Shown: positions 8,547 through 18,852 of the stretch, piece after piece | Numbering within the stretch: the stretch's first letter is position 1 | Layout: each line of letters starts with the position of its first letter | Virus record (IMG/VR): IMGVR_UViG_3300033120_000574 | Span: 64,001-128,000 of that record | From: a virus | Taxonomy: Duplodnaviria > Caudoviricetes | Reading direction: 5' to 3' (one strand) | DNA length: 64,000 nucleotides | Position numbers and translations under genes: made by a program | Notes under the pieces: generated by a model | Told to the model about the DNA's origin: nothing | The model's database searches: none | Seen by the model: the letters and a program-made list of their open reading frames with translations, nothing else

Positions 8547-11500
8547 TCAAGAAAGCTTGTTGTTTGCTGTGTACGTCCAGTTACCTGCAGCCACGGCTGG
8601 CGTCAACACACCAGTATTGATTCCATTACCAAGACTGTTTCCAATTGCAATTCCGTCCAATACGTTTGCAATCAAGATGTAGATCTCACTGGTTCCTGCA
8701 TTTGCATCTGGAGAAACCTGATTTCCAGAAACCACGAATTGTCTAAGTGTTGCAGCCACATTTGTGCCTAAGTAGATACCGTCACCTTCTGCAACTGCAG
8801 GGTGTGACCAATCAACGTTGTTATCTGAGATGTTTGCTCGTTCACAGTCTAGTAAACGGATACCAACACGGTTTGTTGTCAATGCACCAGTCTTCATGCC
8901 AGCCAACGTATTTCCACGTATTGTTACGTTACGTGTAACAGCTGGAGCATTATGACCAGCAACTTCAATAGCTATGTGATTATCACCAAGTGCATATTCG
9001 CGTACTATGTTGTTAGCTACGGAAATTCCAGAGGAGTTCCCGCCAGCAGTCAAGCTAATAGCCGTCCAAACACCAACCCAATTCATGACTACCGTGTTAC
9101 CTTGAATTACTATGTCTTCATGTGCAGCAGAAGTGTTTATGCGTTGAATAGATATTCCAGTGACGCCACCAACACTAGAGGTTGTACATATGTTGTTTGC
9201 AACCGTAAGATGTCTAATCGAATCGCTGTAAGCATAGATCACATTAGGTACACGTGATCCAGTTCCAACTGTGGCGTTAGCTTGTGAACAAATATTCCCT
9301 GTAATCTTAACGTTCTCAACATTGCCAATCATCTTTATGGAAGTACCACCCAAAGTGACTGCGGCGCCAGTACCTCCACGACAAGAGAATACCGTGTTAT
9401 TGGCAACGATTAGTCCAGTATTGTTTGCACTACCGCAATTAGAAAGCAAAATTCCACAACAATCTGCATTTGGAGAAGCACTAGCAACAGTAGTTATTTT
9501 GTTTCCAGATATTGTGCAGTTTTCTAGACTGACTACATGTATTCCGGAAGTGTGAGATGTCGTAGTTGCATCACTTTGAACCACGGAGGAGATGGTGTTA
9601 TTCAATATAGAATATTGTGTTGTGTTTCCTGCAAAATCAGGGTTTAAATAGATACCTGACAGTATGTCGCCATCGGATTTCAATTCAAAAATCTTATTGT
9701 TACACACGGACAGCGTGCCAGTACTTGCGGAAAGTGGAGGAACATATACAGCTATTACGGTAGAAGAGTAAACGTTGTTTCCAAGATAACGAAACTCATT
9801 TTCATCTACCGAGATATTTGCTGTTGCAGCGGAGGGAATACACTTAACACCGTACACAGGCGACCCAGTACTACCTGTGTAGTTTATAAATGTGTTGTTA
9901 CGGATAGTAGCACTGTAAACGCCAGGAACTGAAGCGCCTTCGTAGAAGTCAATTCCAATAGCACCTTCTGTCAAACCATCGTTATTGTGAGTGTTTCCAT
10001 CTATAAGAAAGTAGCCATTCGTCATGTTAGATGACGGACTACCTAGTCTAACAAGAGAGTTACCACCACGTATGGTGTTGTTACATACCTGTATGGGTTG
10101 CGCGGAAGTACCAGTCATATCTAGAATAGTAAATACAGTGTATCCAAGCGCTGGAAATGTCGCAGTGTTTCCACTTATTTCCAATCCATTAGTGTCTCCC
10201 AATGTTACACAACGCACGATAGCCCCTGGGGCACTTGAACTTGTTCCAGAGTTTCCAGTAACAATGAACTTGTTGTTCTTAATAGTGGAGTACTGCAGCA
10301 AAGCAGTTGCAGCAAAGTCAATAACAGGCGATGTAGTCAAGGAGTCAATACCAACAGCGTTATCTACTACGTTCAAGTAAGCAACGCTTTGAGTATTGGC
10401 CGACGCGAACACACGACCGTTTATTGTATTGTTAGCAATCTGTACATCTACAAAAGGCGCACCAGCTACAGATCCAGCTATGACCACACTTGCAGTGACA
10501 CGACTGTTAACTATTCGAGAATACAATAAAGCAGTGCTTATAACCGCGCTAGATGCAGCAGTGAATGTACAGCTATCAAATACACTGTACGCAAGAATTC
10601 CATTGCTAATTGGAAGGAAGATAGCACTTGCTGCTGGAGAAAAGGTGAACACACAGTTGTATGCACGAAAAGAAGCCTGTACGTTATTGATGCGTACTCC
10701 TGTAGCCAATGAGCAGCGATCCAGAGACACTGTGATGTTAGCCGTTACATCTATAGCAGACTGGAGTCCTGCTCCTGTTTGAGAGATCGCAATGTTCTCA
10801 AAAGCAGTTGCAATGGAAAGCGTGAATGCAGCTCCTGCAGCGTTAGCATTCAAGATTGAAGTGTTTGTTGTACCTGATCCTAGAAACGTTACAGCCTTTG
10901 CAACAGTTACAGTATTCGCAAACGTGTAGGTTCCTGGCTTAACAAAAATCACACCACCAGAAGCAGGTAAAGCTGACAGAGCTGCCAAGAATGGAGCCTC
11001 TGTAGTTCCATTGAAGTCTCCAAATGTAGTAGTTCCGTTTCCTATAGTAAATGTTGCTGTACGTGCACCCTGTACTGAGCCTGCGCGGTCATACCAACGT
11101 GGGCGTGGGGGAAATGAAGCTGGTGGCGCGGTAGAGATTATTTCAGGACGTGGTGATCCAAACTTAAGTTCTCTTAGTTGCGCAGCCAAGTGGTCTACTT
11201 GGTCTTTAATGTTGTGGATACTCAAGTCATCTCTAGCACCTGGGTAGTCTTGACTAACCATGAGGGCGCTACCACGAACTTCGTTAGCCTGCCACAAGCG
11301 TTGCGCCATGTCTGGATGTCCAGGCGTAGCTAGCAATGGATTAAGTACTGGGTCACTTGGATCTTTGTTTTGTGCAGCAAAGTAAACTAGTGGGTTTGTT
11401 ACTTGAACAACTGCCCCAGCTGGATGGGCATTTGTTAATGCTACAGAGAGAGTAAGTATGTCATTGACTTTATCATGTGTTGACACAGTTCGCGCTTCAG

Positions 11501-12197
11501 GAATACCACTCCCAAAGTCAAAAGAAATGTCAAATGGAACTGGAGGCAGTATACGACCATCAAGCACACGAAAGGAAGTTGTTCCGCTGGGAACATCAGA
11601 TTCGACAATAGCAACAGGATTCACAAGCAACAATCCAGGGTTTGCTCCAACATCAATCACGTTAGCGCCATCAGTTCGAAGTACGGCAACTGGAACACGC
11701 AAAGAGTTCGGATTACTGCTCTGCTCAAAGCCAGTAGTGGATACAGGACGAACAATACGCCAATCAGACGCTACGCGAGTCGCTACGTTCTCCATGAACT
11801 CTGACCCGTTTGGAATAGGAGGAGAATTAAATTCTGTAGGATCCCAAAAGTACCTAGCATCACAGTCACCAGTGACTGTTGCCAACTCAACTTCTACATA
11901 AAAGGTAGTGTTGAGCCCCTGTAAAGTCGTAGACCTTGAGTCGTCAGGCGTATCTTCATTTGTGAATACCTGGCCTGCTCTGTTTATAGCCACGCCATTA
12001 TACACAGTAATCTGGCCAGGAAATGTTCCTTGGTCTTCTATTCTTACACGAAAGCCATCACTAATGCGTGCACGGTTATCTATCAGTTCTTTTTCAGAGA
12101 TGAAGTTAACAGACTCTTGTGTGAAAACGGATGTACCATGTACCAGGTCTGGAAGGTCTAAACGTTCACCTGTGTGTAGTTTTACGAACTTTGGCAT
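8547..12197 (-). CDS. tailspike / tail fibre with parallel beta-helix (pectin-lyase-like) domain
   Basis: ALSALPASGGVIFVKPGTY followed by many I.NN.I / I.GN.. repeats; located after the baseplate genes. Confidence 0.8.
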   Translation of the reverse strand: MPKFVKLHTGERLDLPDLVHGTSVFTQESVNFISEKELIDNRARISDGFRVRIEDQGTFPGQITVYNGVAINRAGQVFTNEDTPDDSRSTTLQGLNTTFYVEVELATVTGDCDARYFWDPTEFNSPPIPNGSEFMENVATRVASDWRIVRPVSTTGFEQSSNPNSLRVPVAVLRTDGANVIDVGANPGLLLVNPVAIVESDVPSGTTSFRVLDGRILPPVPFDISFDFGSGIPEARTVSTHDKVNDILTLSVALTNAHPAGAVVQVTNPLVYFAAQNKDPSDPVLNPLLATPGHPDMAQRLWQANEVRGSALMVSQDYPGARDDLSIHNIKDQVDHLAAQLRELKFGSPRPEIISTAPPASFPPRPRWYDRAGSVQGARTATFTIGNGTTTFGDFNGTTEAPFLAALSALPASGGVIFVKPGTYTFANTVTVAKAVTFLGSGTTNTSILNANAAGAAFTLSIATAFENIAISQTGAGLQSAIDVTANITVSLDRCSLATGVRINNVQASFRAYNCVFTFSPAASAIFLPISNGILAYSVFDSCTFTAASSAVISTALLYSRIVNSRVTASVVIAGSVAGAPFVDVQIANNTINGRVFASANTQSVAYLNVVDNAVGIDSLTTSPVIDFAATALLQYSTIKNNKFIVTGNSGTSSSAPGAIVRCVTLGDTNGLEISGNTATFPALGYTVFTILDMTGTSAQPIQVCNNTIRGGNSLVRLGSPSSNMTNGYFLIDGNTHNNDGLTEGAIGIDFYEGASVPGVYSATIRNNTFINYTGSTGSPVYGVKCIPSAATANISVDENEFRYLGNNVYSSTVIAVYVPPLSASTGTLSVCNNKIFELKSDGDILSGIYLNPDFAGNTTQYSILNNTISSVVQSDATTTSHTSGIHVVSLENCTISGNKITTVASASPNADCCGILLSNCGSANNTGLIVANNTVFSCRGGTGAAVTLGGTSIKMIGNVENVKITGNICSQANATVGTGSRVPNVIYAYSDSIRHLTVANNICTTSSVGGVTGISIQRINTSAAHEDIVIQGNTVVMNWVGVWTAISLTAGGNSSGISVANNIVREYALGDNHIAIEVAGHNAPAVTRNVTIRGNTLAGMKTGALTTNRVGIRLLDCERANISDNNVDWSHPAVAEGDGIYLGTNVAATLRQFVVSGNQVSPDANAGTSEIYILIANVLDGIAIGNSLGNGINTGVLTPAVAAGNWTYTANNKLS

Positions 12198-12198
12198 T

Positions 12199-15102
12199 TT
12201 ACCTCTGTGTTATGAAAGAAACTTTTACGCCTGCTGCTCTGATCAGATTAAGTACATAACGTAAGCGTTCCTCAAAAGAAACAGGAAGACGTACAGGAAA
12301 CTCAAATCCAAACTGTTTAGGATAACCAGTATCACCCATCGGAGAAACATTGTCAATCTGTTGATGGTTATGGTTTACTAAAATACTACTAGGAACAGTC
12401 AGGGTGGCGCCTGTTTTATTAGTATAGCTTAAGTTCTCTTGTGGGCCAGGTGTGAATGTAACTGTGGTACCTTCTGCGTAATCCCAACAAAGTGCATGTG
12501 ACAGCGTAAGTTCGTTTGTACCAACATTATTGTTAGTCACAGTATGTACTTGCTCATACAGTGGACCTGCACCAGGTGAGATAGTAATAAAGTAGGGATA
12601 AACTGTTGGAAATTGTGCAGTACTTAACAGGGATATAGTAGTTGTTCCAGCAAAATAAGAAGAACCTGTTATGTTTTTTACTGTCTGGGTCTTGCTTCCG
12701 AAATTAAAACAAGCGGTACCTTCTTCTTCAAAGTCTGTACCAGAGGTCAGTACCAGAGAGGAGTACACAGGTCTGCATATATCAGCAGACAGGTACTGTG
12801 ATTGTTTTGGGTAGAATGCCTTCAGGTCTACACCTTCACTGATTCCTAGGTGATCATCAGTAAGCCCTGGACTAACGCGGATCACGTCTGCAAGCAGTCT
12901 AATTTGCTTTGCAGAGCCGTGGTTTTGCGTGAGAGGGGAACCAAGCAAAAGCCTGTTTGGACCCGTAGCAGTTCCAATAACTTCAACAACCTCGCGAGGT
13001 CCAATACCGCCTGCACCAGTTAGTACAACACGATAAGATGACCCATTTGGGAAAGTGTGCAGCGGACCTACAGGTCCACTCAAGGACGATACTGGCAGTT
13101 CCATATCGCCAATGTTCACACCACTAGACAGTAATGTCCTTGTTCTGTTTTTTAAAGCAATCTGCTGTGCAGCAACGGTCTCAACGTTTCCCGAATTCTC
13201 TCCGACACGCAATTGAAAAGGAAACGTTGTTGGGAAATAACTAGCATCTTCTACTTCCAATACATTACGACCTGCATAAGTATCTATTGCTATTTTTGTT
13301 GGACCCGCAGTGGGTGAAGTAGCGACGACGTTACCCACTGTTTGGTTTAATGGTACGTTTTCAAAAAAATCCCAGCAGTAAGGACCAGGCCAGTTGTTGA
13401 AACCACTCCACATGTTTCCATCTAAATATGTGGAGAAAAAGCTTACAGCGCTACCAGCCAATACAGTAATTTGTAGTGGGTTACCTAACTTCAATACAAC
13501 GGATTCTTTTAGTTTACTGCCTTTAGGTATGTAGAAAGACGTAGCCGGAACAACAAGTGCTGTTGAGGATGCCACCAAATATGTAGTATTTCCTAATGAA
13601 GAACCATTGTAGGTCACATCTACATCTCCAGTGGAAGGAAACAATGAGGTGTCATCCACTTCCAGCAGGGTTGAACCTGCCTCAGCATCAAGGTTGGTCC
13701 AAGTATGAGGAACTGTGTAGTTATACTGTGCAAAACCATTGAGTGTGATCATTCCAAGGTCAGAGAAAGTTGAAGTGTCTGTGATTTGAATTGATGTATC
13801 ACCTACACCAGCAGTCACAGCCATAGTACTCGCAGCGGCAAGATTTACATTAGGATCTCTTATATAACTAGCTGTTCTAAGGTCGTTAACGACTAGCTCT
13901 CTAGGAATGAGCACTTCGATGTGTCTTGGATCACTTTGAAATATGTCCCACCCTTGTGACTTAACTTGAACCTGAGCAACACACACCGTGTTAGTTGCCT
14001 TGAGTTGGGTAACTTTGTTTGGACTGACGAATGACGTTAAATTAGGTGCTGGCTCCTTCAACAGGATAGTTCCGTTCTCTGGAATAACTCTGTTGTACTG
14101 GAAGGGAAACAAAATATCAAAATCATCGCCAACAACAGGAGCAGCGGGAAGAACATTAGAGAGATAAAAGGTATCTGCAGCTACAAAAGAAACAAACCCA
14201 AGCTTATCTTGTAATGCTGGTGTTGCTGTGCCACGAAAACGAAGAACGCAACCTGCAAAGTCTCCACCACCCAAAGCGGAAGTCAGCGGAGTGTAGGATA
14301 CAACAGTTGTAGTGGTGCCTCCAGCTGCGGGAACCTCACTCAGTAATAGAACACTAAGTAACCCGCCCTTAGCCTCCAAAGACGCTACGTCACTAAGTGA
14401 GATCTCTACTGCGTTTTCTTGCGCAGTGTCAGCAACGTTCATTACGTTTGGAGTAGCCTGTGCCCCTGTAAGAGGATTTGCTGTTCCAAACTGTACAGTT
14501 ACAGAGTGTCTGTTTAGTGCACTAGAGTACACATCTACGTGTTCTTGTGGCGTACCTCTACCAATGCATACGGTGTGTTCAACTGTAGGAAATCCAGATG
14601 AATCGAAAACGCTGTATGTGCTATCCATCGCAGCAACATCATTGATTATAGGTGTTTCCCACACTTTGTTCACTGCAGCATGTGGCATGGTGATTGGGGT
14701 AACTAGTGTTGCCTTACCTGTGTCTTTGTCTAGGAAAGAGTAGGAAACTACTTCAGACTGAGAGATGTATTGGTCTAAATGAAACGTTCCAACTTGTGGA
14801 AACCTTTCCGGTTCTAGTATGTATATCTCTGTGTCTCCTGGTGACGCATTTTGTGCCAAGGCGCTACACACCGTGACTCTAGGTCCAAGAAGAATGCTAA
14901 GTACTGCCTCAATTTTGTTTATGGTAAGCTTGTCCTGTATAGATAACGCACGTACGATCGCACGCCACACGTCATCAGAGAACCCATTCACGCTTCTTGG
15001 AAACCCAAGATTCGCAGTTACAACGTCCAGTCTGTCATCATCAGCAAAATCCAGACATAGCTGGTCTCTGACTTCTGCAATAGCGGATTTAATAGTCATC
15101 AA
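12199..15102 (-). CDS. baseplate wedge / tail-fibre attachment protein
   Basis: N-terminal LD...NLG.PR...SDD.WR and C-terminal LIRAAGVKV; follows the baseplate J-like gene. Confidence 0.65.
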   Translation of the reverse strand: MMTIKSAIAEVRDQLCLDFADDDRLDVVTANLGFPRSVNGFSDDVWRAIVRALSIQDKLTINKIEAVLSILLGPRVTVCSALAQNASPGDTEIYILEPERFPQVGTFHLDQYISQSEVVSYSFLDKDTGKATLVTPITMPHAAVNKVWETPIINDVAAMDSTYSVFDSSGFPTVEHTVCIGRGTPQEHVDVYSSALNRHSVTVQFGTANPLTGAQATPNVMNVADTAQENAVEISLSDVASLEAKGGLLSVLLLSEVPAAGGTTTTVVSYTPLTSALGGGDFAGCVLRFRGTATPALQDKLGFVSFVAADTFYLSNVLPAAPVVGDDFDILFPFQYNRVIPENGTILLKEPAPNLTSFVSPNKVTQLKATNTVCVAQVQVKSQGWDIFQSDPRHIEVLIPRELVVNDLRTASYIRDPNVNLAAASTMAVTAGVGDTSIQITDTSTFSDLGMITLNGFAQYNYTVPHTWTNLDAEAGSTLLEVDDTSLFPSTGDVDVTYNGSSLGNTTYLVASSTALVVPATSFYIPKGSKLKESVVLKLGNPLQITVLAGSAVSFFSTYLDGNMWSGFNNWPGPYCWDFFENVPLNQTVGNVVATSPTAGPTKIAIDTYAGRNVLEVEDASYFPTTFPFQLRVGENSGNVETVAAQQIALKNRTRTLLSSGVNIGDMELPVSSLSGPVGPLHTFPNGSSYRVVLTGAGGIGPREVVEVIGTATGPNRLLLGSPLTQNHGSAKQIRLLADVIRVSPGLTDDHLGISEGVDLKAFYPKQSQYLSADICRPVYSSLVLTSGTDFEEEGTACFNFGSKTQTVKNITGSSYFAGTTTISLLSTAQFPTVYPYFITISPGAGPLYEQVHTVTNNNVGTNELTLSHALCWDYAEGTTVTFTPGPQENLSYTNKTGATLTVPSSILVNHNHQQIDNVSPMGDTGYPKQFGFEFPVRLPVSFEERLRYVLNLIRAAGVKVSFITQR

Positions 15103-16949
15103 AGCACCTGTACAAGAGAAGCACCGCTACCATCAAAAGGTAGAGGCAATTCACTCTCTAAAACGGTTATATTTGCTGTTGGTGTAATTATTCGTATGTC
15201 TTCCAAACCTACGACGGAAAAAGCTACGTCTATTAACTTTGATCTAACAACGTCTCTACCTATACGAAGGGAAGAAATATATGACTCAATAGCACGCCTT
15301 ACTTGAGGTGCAAGAAAGGACTCCGAGTAGCCTTCTGCTGCAGTTATTGAAGCAACGACAGTTACACGTTTTATCGTAGGTTCTTCTACAACTAAAAACG
15401 TACCAGCAGCTTTTACACCAGGATAACGAGTAGGATCCAGTGGATCACCTTCCATTACTTTTTGAACCTCGGCAATCAAGTTAGTGTAGTATATGTAGTG
15501 AGAGATTACCTTTGTTCCAGCTAAAAACCCACCAACGTCTATCAACTGAAACTCACCAGTACCTCTATTTAGATTGTACTCAGTACGGCTCAACAGTCGC
15601 CATACACCGGAGGGTGGCTGTATCCAAACACGTTCACTTCCACGGACCAATGGAAAGTTTGTGAACTGTAAACGACGTTGAGTAGCCTCTGTTGAACTAG
15701 ACAAAACGTCCACAAAGTTTACGATAGTTGTAGCTAAATGTGGAAAAGCAAGAGGAGTTGTTGTAGTTGGATAGAATGTGTTAGCATCATATTGTAAAAG
15801 CTCTGGGTCAGTAGAGTCTTCAATGTATAGCCATCCTGACTCTGGCCAGTCGTCAGAGTTAACAAGGGGAACACCAGAAGCTCCAGCCAGGATGTCAGAC
15901 GCTATCGAGTCACTAGGGAGAATCTGTGTTCTTGCGGAGCTTCCAGTCCCATCATCAATGTAGAGAATAACTTCATCATTAGCAAAGTCTTCTACAATGT
16001 TTGACGAGATAACGCGAGTTTGAGATACTGGATCTTCTACTCCAATGGCTTTTGACTTCAGCGCTAAAACAGTACCAAGTCCTAATGCGGCCAACTGTTG
16101 TAAAGCTCTTGTTCTAAGGTCTATGTCGGTCTCTGCATCCAATCCACCTTGTGCCTGTGTAATGTTTGATACTGCCCCACCAACAAAAGGAGGCGAACTA
16201 GCCCATTGGTTGATTCTACCAGTTCCTATGTTTCCTGCCAAGCCGCTAGTAGTACATTTAACTATAACCTCATTGGATTCATAGTTACCTTGAAGAATTG
16301 TAGCTGGTTCAATCGTTGTGTAAATTCTAGCTGTTTCGTTAACTGTAGGTGGTGCTTGTACCTCGGTTCCTATTGGAAGAAATCTAGATGAAGAGGAAGG
16401 TGCAACTGGAGCAAAGAGAGAACCACCAGTTACAAAGGCAAGACGATCTCCAATAAACAAATCTGAAGTGGTAGCGGAGGAGATAGTCATGGTTCCAGTA
16501 GATGTGTCATTGTTAGTGACTTCAAGATTTTGTTGACGTGCTGTGCCTTCTCCAACACGGACAGTGTATGGATACCCCGTTGTTGGAAATCTTGTAGTAT
16601 CAAACCCGTTTACAAACAAACTACCAGCAGTTATATCAATTCCAAGTCTGGTTCGTATTAGGTTGTTGTCATAGAACTTAACCAAAGCTGTAGCAGGTTT
16701 AGCAGATCTACGTGTTATGCCAAAATCTGCTAACCTACGATCGAGGTCCTCGCCAGCAGCGGTCGTATAACTAAACAAGTCTAACAATTGAACCATTTGA
16801 AAGTACTGTTCATCGTCTTCCAATGCAGCAGCTTCAAGTATGGTTCGTATTACAGATCCTACGTTATAATCGGAGACTATGGTACGCGTTTGCATATATG
16901 CGACCATGTCTGTTAGAATCTGGTCAAAAGTTCTAGGTAGAAATGCCAT
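15099..16949 (-). CDS. baseplate J-like protein
   Basis: SDYNVGSVIRTILEA, GEDLDRR..DFGITR, GGLDAETD.DLR.R, SLRIG.DV. Confidence 0.88.
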   Translation of the reverse strand: MAFLPRTFDQILTDMVAYMQTRTIVSDYNVGSVIRTILEAAALEDDEQYFQMVQLLDLFSYTTAAGEDLDRRLADFGITRRSAKPATALVKFYDNNLIRTRLGIDITAGSLFVNGFDTTRFPTTGYPYTVRVGEGTARQQNLEVTNNDTSTGTMTISSATTSDLFIGDRLAFVTGGSLFAPVAPSSSSRFLPIGTEVQAPPTVNETARIYTTIEPATILQGNYESNEVIVKCTTSGLAGNIGTGRINQWASSPPFVGGAVSNITQAQGGLDAETDIDLRTRALQQLAALGLGTVLALKSKAIGVEDPVSQTRVISSNIVEDFANDEVILYIDDGTGSSARTQILPSDSIASDILAGASGVPLVNSDDWPESGWLYIEDSTDPELLQYDANTFYPTTTTPLAFPHLATTIVNFVDVLSSSTEATQRRLQFTNFPLVRGSERVWIQPPSGVWRLLSRTEYNLNRGTGEFQLIDVGGFLAGTKVISHYIYYTNLIAEVQKVMEGDPLDPTRYPGVKAAGTFLVVEEPTIKRVTVVASITAAEGYSESFLAPQVRRAIESYISSLRIGRDVVRSKLIDVAFSVVGLEDIRIITPTANITVLESELPLPFDGSGASLVQVL

Positions 16950-16950
16950 G

Positions 16951-18852
16951 TTAACGCCTTCTTAATGCAAAACTGGTAGATAAGGTATCATGAGATTCAG
17001 TCAATTGTACATTCGCACTTAAGGCGAGTATATCATTGTTAGTGGCAAGATCCAAGTTGGATACCCGTAGTACGCGAGTGTCTGAGAGCAACGTCCCCAA
17101 AGCGTTCAACCTAATCTGGTTAACACTCGCTTGTGTTAACTTTCTTCCAATAGGTATTTTCGTACCAAAGTATGTATGCGCAGGAAGCTCTCCTTGCTCT
17201 GTAGCAAACTTGATACGTACTGCTTGTTCTACATTTGGAACTCCAGCTATAGTAGACAAGTCGCCACGTTGATTTATTAGTACATCCGTTAGTTCTTGTG
17301 AACCAACGAACTGTGAACGCAAGCGCAAGTCTCTACCATATGGCAACTGCGTTAGACTAGACCCCTGCGCATTTGCCAAGTTTTCAGCATCAGGTGCATT
17401 CTGGGTGCTCACTAGAGAAGAAGACGAAGTGGTGGTCGGAAACAGTATAGCATCTCCAGGTCCCAAGGTGTCTGGTAGACCTTCATCGGATATATAAGGA
17501 TATCGTAGTCTGTTTAAAGCAACTAAGATACGCCATCTTGCTCTGTCGTTTAATACACGTGCGGCAATGTCTCTGATTCCTTCTCCAGGGGCAACTATAA
17601 CAGAGCCTGTGCTAACTGGAGTTGGTTCCAATCCAATGAAAGAAGGACTAGACGTAGGAGACCTACGCGGACTTGTAATAGTTCCTGCAGCTTCATATGC
17701 AGTTGCCATACGATTCAAAGTAAAAGCAACGTCAGAAACTGAGGAGCTACCAACTGCATCCTCTGACAGGACACGTGCACCAGTAACAAGGACTCTGTTT
17801 AGACTCCTAAACATGTCTATAAAGTCTAAATAGTCTTGATCTACTTGACGTAGACTAGACAACTCAGTTATCGCAGCTTCAACATTTGAAACCAGCGTTA
17901 AAGCTTTATCTCGAAGTCCTTTATGTACGCCAAAAGCGGAAGTCTTAACAGCGTTAAGGCCGTTAATGACTGCTAATAGCGGGCTCAGTACAGTGTTACT
18001 GACGAATGTTGTGTATCCTTGAATGCTGTTTATTCTGTTTGAAATTGTCAAGAACATGTTCAACAGATTTTGACTGTATTCTTGTAAACGTGCTTGTAAA
18101 CGCTGTCTATCCCTAGCGGCTGCTAGAGGATCTGGACCTGGTGTATAGCTAAAGTTGAAAACACCCAAGGTTTTAAGGCTAATGTTATATTCGTATGTTA
18201 GCGGACTAGCAGAGTTCTGGGACAGTCTAAAATCTTCAGGCTCAACAATCCAATAATCAGCGTCTTTTAGGTTACGCCACAGCAACAACACACGACTAGA
18301 CAGCTCGTCAGAATGCTTGATATCAGAGTACTTCCTAAAAATGTTACGCAAAAAGATGATGTCATCATGTCCTGTGATCTCTCGTGGTGAAAGACGACGA
18401 ACATCTGTAGTTAATCCGCTGCCCAAAAGAGTTTGTATCTGGTCATCGCTTATTCCAAGTAATGGAATCGTTCCACTTCGTACTTTGTTTGGACGGAATC
18501 CAGTCGTACCTGATATGCGAAGAGACTTTAGAATTGAACCATAAGATTCAACAAACTTACCTGCGTCTTGTGTACATATGATGCTTGTGGCAAACGGTTC
18601 ATCAAACTCATGTACTTTGGGTGGTACACGAAAGAAGTACTCTGCATTTTGTGTACGCTTTGCTGGGTCTAACCCTGGGGCTACTAAAGTCTCACTAGTA
18701 GCTGTATCAAACAAAACAAGAGAATAAAGTGTTTGTATGACCTCAGACAGCTGAGTAGCTTGAACGACTTGGGCACGTTGTTCATTTGAAAGAGTAGTTA
18801 CAGTGTTACCAGATATACCAACACTTGTTTTTCCATTGTTTGCCATTGTCAT
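16951..18852 (-). CDS. baseplate protein with LysM-like and gp25-like domains
   Basis: GEGIRDIAARVLND..RWR.L..LN.L.YPYI (LysM-like), then GDL..IAG..NVEQA....TEQGELPAH..FG (gp25-like). Confidence 0.75.
   Translation of the reverse strand: MTMANNGKTSVGISGNTVTTLSNEQRAQVVQATQLSEVIQTLYSLVLFDTATSETLVAPGLDPAKRTQNAEYFFRVPPKVHEFDEPFATSIICTQDAGKFVESYGSILKSLRISGTTGFRPNKVRSGTIPLLGISDDQIQTLLGSGLTTDVRRLSPREITGHDDIIFLRNIFRKYSDIKHSDELSSRVLLLWRNLKDADYWIVEPEDFRLSQNSASPLTYEYNISLKTLGVFNFSYTPGPDPLAAARDRQRLQARLQEYSQNLLNMFLTISNRINSIQGYTTFVSNTVLSPLLAVINGLNAVKTSAFGVHKGLRDKALTLVSNVEAAITELSSLRQVDQDYLDFIDMFRSLNRVLVTGARVLSEDAVGSSSVSDVAFTLNRMATAYEAAGTITSPRRSPTSSPSFIGLEPTPVSTGSVIVAPGEGIRDIAARVLNDRARWRILVALNRLRYPYISDEGLPDTLGPGDAILFPTTTSSSSLVSTQNAPDAENLANAQGSSLTQLPYGRDLRLRSQFVGSQELTDVLINQRGDLSTIAGVPNVEQAVRIKFATEQGELPAHTYFGTKIPIGRKLTQASVNQIRLNALGTLLSDTRVLRVSNLDLATNNDILALSANVQLTESHDTLSTSFALRRR

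Noticed and set aside
6143-12197. Diversity-generating retroelement or invertible fibre cassette
   Set aside because: No reverse transcriptase or invertase in the window. The relic copies differ at all base types and are not flanked by inverted repeats.
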